The notes below the pieces were generated by a model that did no database searches, was not told the DNA's origin, and saw nothing but the letters and a program-made list of their open reading frames with translations. This document shows positions 10,511-20,000 of a stretch of 20,000 nt of DNA, in pieces (the stretch's first letter is position 1; every line of letters begins with the position of its first letter). The position numbers were made by a program, and so were the translations under genes. Where the stretch lies: positions 50,206-70,205 of the forward strand of contig JAPEUG010000039.1 of the NCBI GenBank assembly GCA_026025795.1, read 5' to 3'. This DNA comes from Thelocarpon superellum. Its lineage: Eukaryota.

Positions 10511-10781
10511 TGTCATTACACCATTCTCGGGCGATAGGGGCCAAACAGACGAGATCGACGGACCGACTGCCACCACATCAACGTCCCAGGTAGGATCCGC
10601 GAGACGTCATATCTACAAGCGATGCCAGTCCGCCAAAGCAACCTCTGATTTTGCGTCACAGGATATGGAAGCCAATGGACCTCGAGGGGTCATGATGCCA
10701 TTGAGTTGATCAAAGTACGGATTTTACTTCTTAGGAGCAAGCAGCTGAAGCCCCATTGAGGGCATGCCTTTTCCGAGCCCA

Positions 10782-12214
10782 TCAGAGAGATTCGATGAAG
10801 CTCGAGATTCGCCCTTTCTTGATCGAAGTGGGTCGGGCGCGCTTCTGTAGCTTCTTCTGTCTCGGCTGCCTCCCATCCACCGCTTCAAGACTCACGACGT
10901 GATACTCCGACGGATCCGGCTCCCCACGCATCCCGTCCATTCCCGTGAAGGTCCCGGCAGGAAGAACCTCGAAGCCAGAATTGACCTTGCGAATGGTCTT
11001 GTTGCAATGAAGGTGCTGGTTGAGATCTTCGGGCCGCAGCTTGCGCGTCCCAGATGACAACATATCACCGTCACCGGCCGGTAGGAGTGGCTCCGACACC
11101 ATCGCGATATCCTCCTGTGCCGCGCGATCGGACAACATCGAGCTGCCTTGAGTGGCGGATGTGGCGGCATTGTCATTCGCAACTTCACTGGGGGCTAGAA
11201 ACGGGTCAGATCGATTCTTGCGGATGTCGGATGAGCTTGTCCCTGCACCGATCCCGGCCAGATGAGTGGGCTGGTTGTTGCAGGGAGCTACCGGCGGCGC
11301 GCCTGTCACGAATTCGATGTCGGGATCCCTCAAATGGATGTCGTCAAAAGGGTTGGAATGCGAGCTTTGGGCCGACCGGGAACGAACGCTGCGACGAAGT
11401 GTTCGGGACTTTGACCTCGTCTGGGTCAGGGCCGTCAAGAACTCCTCTTGGCCCTGTCCTCGCCCCTCTAGATAGCCGAAGGTATGGTGGTCTGTCAGCA
11501 ACGGGTTATGGCCATGATGCACCGGAGAGCGTGGTTGGACGTAATGGCCGGCCTCGAGCGTGAGCGGGATCGTATGCATGGGCATGAGCGGAGCGGTAGA
11601 TATGGGACTTGGCTCACTAGAGCGGCTTCTCCGCCAGTCGGTAGGGTGCGTGGTTGGAGTCGTCTCTGGGTCGACGAAGTTGTAATGCCTGTGAGTCACT
11701 TGCGGAAGCGAGAGTTGTCCGGACCCGGATGGCCGAGGCCCGCGGATCGTCGGATCGGCCGGTGCCATCATGGGTGAGGCGGGACCGGCGGAGCGAAGAC
11801 TCGGAACCGGGCTGTTTGGTCTCGAGATCCATACGCCTTCGACCTCGATGCCGCTCTCGATGGCCCGCACGCCAAAGGGAACGTCCTCTCCCTTCAGCTG
11901 GATAACGTCACGGCTCCGGCGCATCTCCAACAGGTGAGTCTTCCGGGCCTCGGCGATGGCCGTGTACTTGCGAAGCCGCCAGTGGTTCCACGCCAATTTG
12001 GCGAAGCCGGCCATGAAGGTGAGAATCTAAGATGAATCAGTCGTGTCAATCGGTAGACAACGGGCGATGAAGGGGCCGTACGATGGTACAGCCCAGCACC
12101 TAAGCCATGGAAGAGCGTTCGTCAGTCATGGAAGTTCGGGATCAGCGAGAAAGAGACTCGTACGAAACACATCTGAGCCCACAAGGCCCAGTCGGTAAAG
12201 AATCGCCCGCCCAT
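10782..12214 (-). CDS. Uncharacterised single-pass membrane protein, ~437 aa. Exons 12214-12164, 12099-12082 (18-nt microexon), 12026-10782
   Basis: Spliced N-terminus MGGRFFTDWALWAQMCF|VLGCTI|ILTFMAGFAKLAWNHWRLRKY forms a hydrophobic helix followed by basic residues. Then comes the block DVPFGVRAIESGIEVEGVWISRPNSP and C-terminal RKVNSGFEVLPAGTF and KKLQK. Introns 12163-12100 (GTACGA..CTGAC..TAG) and 12081-12027 (GTACGG..CTGAT..TAG). Confidence 0.85.
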
Positions 12215-12355
12215 AGCGCGTGCTCCAACGAAGGGCAGAATGCCGGATGCGTCACTAGAATTCCTGGCGGACTCTGACGGTAGTGTGGATATGCCTCGGA
12301 GAGAGACGGGGCAGAGAGTCAGGCAAGAGAAGGTGCATCTACACCTAGAGGACCT

Positions 12356-12373
12356 TAGGTAGGTAGGTAGGTA
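12356..12373. repeat. Microsatellite (TAGG)x4
   Basis: taggtaggtaggtaggta read directly. Confidence 0.8.
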
Positions 12374-13505
12374 AGGGAACAAGACGGATGATTTCATAGG
12401 AGAGGGGAAATGACTGTGGGGACCCGCCGGAGTCTTGGCATGAAAGACAGCCGATGGGACTGTGCTTCTTGAGGGCGTCGGAGGTCGGTCTGGCAGGTGG
12501 GCAGTCCTCCGTAGATATGGAATCACCTGGGTTCGCCCCACTTGAAGACGGAAGTGGGAGCACGTTATTACGCGGAGTAGGTCAATCTTATCTGGCGTGA
12601 AAAGCCTCGGTATCACAGTAAATGCTGATTGAAAACGACATCGAGAGAGCCCGTCACACATTTGCGGGTTGTGCTAGGTCATGCTGAGAAGATTGCCTAG
12701 CACGGCTGCCGGCAGTGAATGACAGGAATAGCAACGGTCAACTAGAAGAAGCGGAACACAACTGCCCACAAAAACATCATCAGCGCCTACTCGCGCGCTC
12801 ATGCCGGAGTAGTTTCGCCAAATTCTTGGGCACATGATCCATCTAGGTCGGTGGGGAGGTTGATTTGATCCATGCAGGCATCGCGGCTTTGCGATGTATC
12901 ATCATTCCGTTGACAGGGTTGATACTAGGACGCAGGCGACCCGCGATCTCTAGACCACCAGCCACCCCAGTCGCCGTCTCTGCAAGGGGCGGAGGTGGTC
13001 CTGTCAATCAGGCTGCGGATTAGCATCAAGGCTCGCTGCATTTCACTAGAAATACGGCCAATCCATTCGATGTTTTCTATGCCTCAGTGCCGCCGTTTGC
13101 TCAAGCCTCGGAGGAGCAATTGCCCCAGTACTCGCATTTCGCCCCTCTCGTGTCGCAGGTACGTCGGCGGTTCCCGGTCAGCCGGAACAGGGTCTTTCCG
13201 GCTGGGGTCGTTAGTCACATCCGCCTACCACAGGATGCGTACCAGAGTCGGGGGCAATTACCGGTACGAAATACGAATCACGCGGCCATTTTCGGCATGA
13301 GCACGTCCTTGGTCGCGATTATTGGGGGATGGCGTGTCAGCACGATCGAACAACCGGGCGCTGGAGAGTCGTCCACCGCATCTTCGTCGACACCAACAAT
13401 TTTCATGCTTTGAATCGCCACCTTCCCCATCATTTCTCACATCCGTAGCCTTTCATCGCATCGGCTATCACATTGTTCATCGGCTTGCGTCTCCGGTCCC
13501 TCATC

Positions 13506-14418
13506 ATGCCCATCCGCAACCCTTTCCGCCGGGCGGGCGTCAATCCGGGCGTGGACACGCTGACAGACGAGCACGGTCGGTCCTCGTCACACGATGGCAG
13601 CGAACACGGCTCGGACCGGATCCCGGTGGGAGGCCCGAGTCCATTGGCTGCGTTGAACATCAAAGGTCGGAGAACGGACTCCAATGAATACAAATTGAGT
13701 GGTACGCTCAACCTTTACACAACGTCATGGCGGGCCTTGCTAATTTGACGGTCTTGGGCGCGTAGTGGTCAATGATAGTGGGGTGTATCTGCCTGTACGC
13801 ATGCTCCAACGATTACCCGACCACACTTGCGCGATGCAGGCTCACGTCTAAGTAGCCGTCACCTCCGGAGAAGCAGAGCTTCTGGAACTTGTCCAATGCG
13901 TCGACCACGTCATCGAATCACCGCAGCTTGCTGAGCGAGAATGAACCCTTCTCCATTTCTCGAGAATCCTTTGAATCGTACCGTCGGTCTTTTGTGAGCA
14001 CTCGTCCGTCGCGCATCGTCGTGTGGGGCCGCTGACCACGTTGTGGCAGGATATCTCGGCGCGGTCTCCGGTATGTCGGCCCGAGCCTCCCTCGCGGCGA
14101 ACGAGTCTCGATTCCCGCGGCGCACGACTGCCACGCTCGGCACTGGCGCCGCGTAGTTTCGACAGCGAGCCTCCAACAGAGGAAGAGGGCTTCGAAGACG
14201 TGATGCTCAACGACGAGACCAAGCCGAAGCGGAAGTCGATTTTCTCGCGCTTTGGTGATTCCTCAGATACGACGACCACGACTCCACCAAATTCCTCGAC
14301 CCATCACGTCTTCCATCTCCCCGGACGAAAGCGGGGGCATAGTGGACAAGGCGCGGAGCTGGGCAAGATCGATAGACCTGTCAGCGCCGGCGCGCAAGAA
14401 GTCAAGGTCGAGACTTGA
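13506..14418 (+). CDS. Uncharacterised Ser/Arg-rich fungal protein, ~243 aa. Exons 13506-13701, 13766-13794, 13856-13993, 14050-14418
   Basis: Spliced translation MPIRNPFRR..EYKLS|VVNDSGVYLP|PSPPEKQSFW..EPFSISRESFESYRRSF|DISARSPV..EEGFEDVMLND..KRKSIFSRFG..GRKRGHSGQGAELG. Three GT-AG introns (13702-13765, 13795-13855, 13994-14049) with CTAAT, CTCAC and CTGAC branch sites keep the frame. Confidence 0.88.
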
Positions 14419-15370
14419 TGCCGTGACCAGGCTGTGTTCAGGCCTCATCCACCACGGCGGCTCAGAATCTCGATGGAAGACGGGGGGCAAGAAGCTGAGA
14501 TCCCTTGGCGTTTTGGGCTTACGATATACCACATCACCCTATTTCTACGGCTTCCATTTGTCCACTAGGTGCATTGCATCATCGGTGCAGGCCACTACGA
14601 TCGTTCAACGTCTTTGGAGGGACCTGGCGCTGCAGACCTGGGGCCTTGGGTTTCCTTTCTTTCTTTCGTTTCTTCTCCTTCTCGCGACGTGCGCATCCAG
14701 TCACGCCCTTTGGGGTTTGTCATATCATCGATCCACTGGGTCGCAGCATCCTGAATCAAAGGTGTTGTCACATGCAGTAATTGGTCGCCTTTTTGCATAT
14801 GATCCACACGAATCCTCGCACATCCGATGAACTCTTCCAGCCGTTTGACCAGGTCCAGGGTGTGCCATGCGTACAAGGTCCCCGTGTACCTCGTTTCACC
14901 AGTGGTCCTATGTCGTCATCCGGGGGCCGTGGTCGTCGGCTGAGGTCGCCACACGCTTCACCGTCCACACGTGACGAGTCAACAGAATCTGAGAGCTCGA
15001 CTTGAAATTATGGACCCGTGCATGTATGGATGACGTGTCATTTTGTGATGTAGATGCAAACAGATTGCCATAATACGGAGCTGCTTGAATCCGTCGCACA
15101 ACACGAATTAGTATCACGTGGAGGGGAGAGATCGCGTCCGTGACTTGAGGACCGTCAAAGAGTAAAGACGCGCTTTGTTTGGTGCGCACGTGGAGCTAGC
15201 GAGACCTGGAAGTTGCTCAGAGAAACGTAGGATGTTAGCTAATGTAGTTGTACGGCGAGCGTGTGGCATCAGAGCGATCAGACGTCGGCCAGATCCCCGT
15301 TCAAGATGCCAATTGACCCTTTATAACTCCTAGCCTTGGACTACTTGCTCAGCCCTCTGATGGAGAGGAA

Positions 15371-18300
15371 ATGGACGACCCCCCGCCCATCTACTCCTAC
15401 AAGGAGACCCACTTAACCTTGAACCTCCTCGACGACCCGTCGCTCATCACTCTCCGCCTACCTACCCACACCCAGGACGCACATGGCTCCCGCCCGCCTC
15501 CGCGCTCGCACCGGAAGCTGCAGCCGTTGGAAGCCGAGGACGAGACGGTCTTCGCCCAACGATTTCTAGCCACCTCAGCCTCGGTCTACTGTCGGCAGCG
15601 CAATGAGTACCCTCGCAGCGTCTTGTGGAGGGTGCTGGAGGACGGCAAGGTTCTCTCCCTCCAACACGTCGACCTGAGCCGCATTCCAGGCGGGCCCTCC
15701 GAAGCCTCGCGGACCCTACGGCTACTGTTTCCAAGCTCCATCCGGCCCGCCGGCGTGACCCTATCCGACTCGGACCAACATGAATTCATCGAAGTCTTTG
15801 TCCTCACCACCACCAATGACCTCTACACCCTCTCCCTCTCGCCCAGTCTGTTCGACCCATCCTTTGCGCTTGACGATGGGGTGGGTCGATGGTGTCAGTC
15901 CTTTCTTCCGTCCTCTTTCAGCTTTCGTTACCCACACCGACTAGTGGCGCGAAGTCCCCTTGAGCTGCTGGTGTCACTTCACGACGGCAGCCTGTTACGG
16001 CTGACCCGGAAGCCCGGCGACGATGGCTCCTCCTGGGTGGAGACATTCTTCAGCGACGGGGGATGGGGCTCGTCATTACGGGGTCTCATCCCGTGGCAGG
16101 GGAATAGCACGGTCCACTATGGGAATACCAATCTGGAACGATCAACCGCCATTGCCCTGGCCTTCTCTCCGGTGCCGGGTGAGGGCGCACCCGAACACCT
16201 CTTCTCCATTAGCCTCGACCATACCCTCCGCGTATGGAATCTCCTGACGGGAAAGATCGGATCGAGCCGAGATCTCCTAAATGAGGAGCGCTCCCCGCAC
16301 GAGACGGCCAAGTATCTTCTTGATCCCGCACAGACCTCGCTCATCACCGTCATCGATCAACGGCTGCGAGGGAGTCGTGACCGCTACTACGTCATCACCT
16401 TTTCCCCCGTCGGGACCAGCCAGTTCAAATTTTGGGCCGTGGCCGACGCAGATCAGCCCGAGGGGATGCAGGATCTGTTCCCATCATCCGTCTTCGAGCC
16501 TCCACCCCCGTCGTCGGAGATCTGGACCATGGCACAGTTCCAAGTGACATCCGCAGGCGATCCGGGGCTATTGAACATGTGGATCCTCTGGAAGAACAAC
16601 ATGAGCTACCGCGTGCAGAGCCTAAAGTTCGACTTGCTGCATGTCGCGCAAGACTGGCAGAATCCATGGACAGCCACTGCATCCGAGACCCGCCTCGAGC
16701 GGCCGTTGCCCGTGCTCTTCAACAAAGACTCGGCCGACGTGACGGAGCTCTGGATGGAGTATCTGTTCTATCCGGGGGCGTTTGGCGAAGCGACCCTAGC
16801 CACGGCGCTCGCCATATACGAGCAGAATCTCAACGTAGCCAAAGGTCGCTCGACCAAGACCAAATCATTGAAAGAGCGGATGTGTCTGTCGGTCGGGTCG
16901 TCCGTACGGCTAAACGAGGGAGGCAGCGGCGGCATGGATTTCCCGCACTACGCCATGGACGCCGACGCGCAGTGGCGACGCTTCTACCGCATCGTGGCTG
17001 AGCTCGAGAAAACAGGCGGGGAAGCCCTCTCCTTTGCCCTCGATGACTACGCCGGTCTGCCATGGATTATCACGACCGGAGGCATCAGCGCCGTGCGAGA
17101 ATGCAGCCTGCCAGAGATGCTGTGGCACAACAAGTCCAGCTTGCGGCACACGCACGAGACCGTGAAGGAGTTGCGGCCCGACGTCTTCGCAGAGGATCAG
17201 CGAAGCGGCGAATCGGTGGGCGCGGCAAATCTGATCAAAGCCGCAGCGACTTTCCGGGACTGCTTCTCCGACCATCTCTCCCACACGTGTCATGTGGTCT
17301 TGCGGTCGGAGCTTTGTCGTGAGCCTTCGGTGTCGGTGCCTGCGCGGATCCAGTCCTTCTATGATCAGTGCAATTTCCTAGGTCAGATCAGCGAGGACGA
17401 CGTGACGCAATTGAAGGCGGCCCTCGAGGAAGTGGGAGGCTCAACGAAGCTCGATCTTGACCTCTTCCGAGCGACAATCAATCGTATGTTACGATCCAAG
17501 ACCGCGTCGGCCTCCGGAGCAACGGCGACGACATTTGGGGAAAAGACTATCATGAGGGCCGCCCAAGAGATGATTGCCATCGACCGGACCATTCTCTTCA
17601 GCCTCGTGGTGCTCCTCATCTTTCTTGCCGTTGACGACAGCTTCACCCTGGACGACGTGGAGTCCAAAGGGTCACATTCCTCCGACAGTCCCCGCCGGGA
17701 GTCCCCCCGCCTCGAACCCGAGCTTTGCGAAGTGTACCTTTACCTGCTCGCGTTGCTACGGGGGTTCGACGTCTTAAAATGGACGACAGAAGTCACTTAC
17801 AACAACAAGGCAGTTGAATCAGACGAGAGTCGGACGAGGGATCGGATGGACACGGGTTCCCCAGAAAGATCCCCGATCGAGCACCGGCCATTCTCATCCT
17901 TACAATACCCGTGCTTTCGGTCGTGGAAAGCGCCTTGGCCGCGACCGTATCGTCCGATGTCTTCTCTGCTCACCGAATCGGTCAACGATCTAATCGGTCA
18001 GGGTGAGATGGACCAGGCGGACCGCTACAAGCGCCATGTGTTGCAGATTCAACTCCGACTACTCTCCCGAGGCGAGCTGGAGTTGGCCTCGGACTTTGCG
18101 CGATATCAAGTCGATCACGCGTGGACCAGGTACATGGAGGGTCGAAGGTACCTCTTGACGGCGGATTATGCGCGGGCCACTATTCAATTCCGAAAGGCGG
18201 CCTTTCAATTAGGTGAGCGGATCGTCTCGCCCAGCCAGGCCCTGCTGACCATGACAGCGAATCGCGACGGACTGGACGTAAGCTTCATCACGGGGGATGA

Positions 18301-19418
18301 GGATCTCCTGATCAACGAGGATGAAGCCAAGTTCTTTGGCAGTGGGATGGATGCGTATCATTATCACATCATCCAACTCTTTGACGCCGAACGGGCGCCG
18401 TCCTACGTGGCCGAGTTTGCCGAGACGTGTCTCCAGTTTCCGAACACCATCACAGACGATGAAGTAAGCGGATGAGGAGTGTGACCCGCGCCGTGCTGAC
18501 AACCGGCAGTCGACGAAGAAGCTCCGTGCAGACCTCCTCCAATATCTCTTTACCTCCTCCCTCGAGACTCGTCGTTTCAGCCAAGCCTACACGGCCCTGT
18601 CTCGCATGGCCGACCGACTCAGGTATGCAAGATCAACGCCGCACATGACAAGAGAGACTGACGGGACAGACAACGGCAATACCTCACCAAGTTCGTGCAC
18701 GTCATGTGTCAAGAAGGGGAGGGAGCCCAGCTCCTGAAGTTTGCATTCTTGGGACTTCAACCCGACGTGGACGAGATACTGCAGACCGCGAGCCAGAACG
18801 TGCTCAACATGCACTCCCGGCCGGCTTATCACAAGATCCTGTATGCGTGGCGCATCCAACACGGTGATTTCCGAGGCGCGGCTGCCGTGCTACATGATCG
18901 CCTACAGCGCCTACAAAGCACGTCGGCCGCCACCCCAGATCCAGAGAACACGGCGGTCACGCAAGCGTACCTCGCGCTGATCAACACACTGGCGTCCGTG
19001 GATCCAAGCCAAGCGTGGGTGTTGTCTACGAAGCGGGCAGCCACGGGCGCCACAAGCGGGGTGCAAGGACTGGGTATGTGTAACCCTTCACCTGTCTATC
19101 CACTTTCCGTTTCCGTTTCCGTTTTGGTTCACCTCTTCACGAACACCGTACTGATACAGAGAAGGCACCAAAGGCCAAAACGGCACAAAGGCACCAAAGC
19201 GATCCGTCATCACCATGGACGACATCCGGCGCGAATACCAAGAGGAACTGGACCGGATTGCGCAGATTGAAAACAACCAGTTTGCGTTTTCTACGGATTT
19301 GGCTGCTGCCGATGCCGATGCCGATGCCGATGCCGACGTTAATGCTTATGCTGATGCTCGTGCTGCTGACGGTGAGAGTGATGGTGTTGGTGTGGCAGAT
19401 CAGATGAATGTGGCGTGA
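15371..19418 (+). CDS. NUP120: Nucleoporin Nup120/Nup160 (Nup84/Y-complex), ~1272 aa. Exons 15371-18212, 18258-18463, 18510-18622, 18670-19073, 19165(or 19162)-19418
   Basis: Large ORF with a beta-propeller-like N-terminus (YPRSVLWRVLEDG, SLHDGSLLRL, WVETFFSDGGWGSSLRGLIPW, SLDHTLRVWNL) and a helical C-terminus (YHKILYAWRIQHGDFRGAAAVLHDRLQRL, YLALINTLASVDPSQAWV, VITMDDIRREYQEELDRI..IENNQFAF). These match fungal Nup120 as I recall it. Four GT-AG introns. Confidence 0.9.
19308..19337 (+). repeat. Coding hexanucleotide repeat (GCCGAT)x4 GCCGAC, encoding (AD)5 in the Nup120 tail
   Basis: Read directly; translation AAADADADADADVN. Confidence 0.85.
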
Positions 19419-19625
19419 TGCAATGCAATGCGAGGCGCTTCCTCTATACCCATCTCCTCTTACCTACTAGATGGGTTAGTACCCAGAGCAACACAATGTT
19501 GATAGTTTCATATCCTCTCTGCCGTCACGCCACCGTATTCCCATGACCAAGTAGATGCATGGCCTGAGGCCACCGCTGCGTTCATTCAGTCCGTTGAGAT
19601 GCAAACGCAGGTAAGTCCGTAGGTA

Positions 19626-19645
19626 CAGCACAGCACAGCACAGCA
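19626..19645. repeat. Microsatellite (CAGCA)x4 between the convergent NUP120 and RPL35 genes
   Basis: cagcacagcacagcacagca read directly. Confidence 0.8.
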
Positions 19646-19861
19646 GAAAAGCGGAAGAGAGAAAATAGTGGTGGTGGAGATGGATGTGGGAGGTGTAGAA
19701 TCATCGGCAATGGACGAATCGAGAAACATGGGAAGGGAATGATATCCATCCCCATCCTCTCAAATCCCCTTCGTCTCCCCTCGTCATTCCCTCCAATCTC
19801 ATGCAGTATCTTCTCTTCCCGACTAGCCTCTCTTATCATCCCTCTTCACTTGTCCCATTTT

Positions 19862-20000
19862 CTAAACCTCGGTCTGTCCCATTGATTCATGATCAGCTAG
19901 AGGTTCTATTGGGAGTGTCTCCGTGACGCCAGGTCGCACGAACCTTGACAGCAAAAACGCGCTGGGGGAAATGACGGTCCTTCTTCTTCGACTTCTCCGT
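19862..20000 (-). CDS. RPL35: 60S ribosomal protein L35 (uL29), 3' end only. Exons >20000-19944, 19873-19862
   Basis: The - strand reads TEKSKKKDRHFPQRVFAVK, matching the L35 C-terminal consensus TxKxxKKxxHFPQRKYAVKA. It is followed by intron 19943-19874 (GTTCGT..GCTGAT..CAG) and a terminal exon ACC GAG GTT TAG (TEV*). Only 22 codons are visible. Confidence 0.8.
   Translation of the reverse strand, partial: RRSRRRRTVISPSAFLLSRFVRPGVTETLPIEPLADHESMGQTEV

Noticed and set aside
12879..12896. Small inverted repeat CATCGC-N6-GCGATG
   Set aside because: A 6-bp stem is expected by chance; no ncRNA context.
14252..14830. 192-aa + strand ORF with a hydrophobic stretch
   Set aside because: Overlaps the real last exon out of frame and runs into a T-rich 3' UTR that produces the Phe/Leu run.
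19599..19616. ATG CAA ACG CAG|GTAAGT, resembling a short first exon on the + strand
   Set aside because: No downstream exon; the region is the convergent 3' zone of NUP120 and RPL35.
19582..19839. 85-aa - strand ORF downstream of RPL35
   Set aside because: Purine-rich then low-complexity 3' UTR sequence with no coding features.
1..20000. Transposons, CRISPR arrays, tRNA/rRNA genes, telomeric repeats, biosynthetic cluster genes
   Set aside because: I saw no transposase/RT motifs, terminal repeats, spaced repeat arrays, cloverleaf or A/B-box patterns, RIP-like AT-rich tracts or PKS/NRPS domains. Small ncRNAs cannot be excluded without an Infernal/Rfam search.

Overview
Gene-dense, GC-rich eukaryotic DNA from a filamentous ascomycete (Pezizomycotina-like), with short 45-91 nt GT-AG introns. 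I could build nine spliced gene models by hand: a Sir2/Hst1-type sirtuin (-, runs off the left edge), an uncharacterised ~875-aa low-complexity/coiled-coil protein (-), PUF6 (-), a 110-aa Dabb stress-responsive A/B-barrel gene (+), RAD51 (-), an uncharacterised single-pass membrane protein with an 18-nt microexon (-), an uncharacterised 243-aa protein (+), NUP120 (+) and the 3' end of ribosomal protein L35 (-, right edge). The Dabb gene and RPL35 are missing from the supplied ORF track. I found no mobile element, CRISPR array, RNA gene or biosynthetic cluster, and no convincing new multi-gene system. The points worth checking are the hidden genes, splicing oddities (stop-free 3n introns, an ambiguous NUP120 last acceptor), a candidate uORF, promoter motifs, and the co-location of sirtuin, RAD51 and NUP120. 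All family calls come from motif recognition; no database searches were run.
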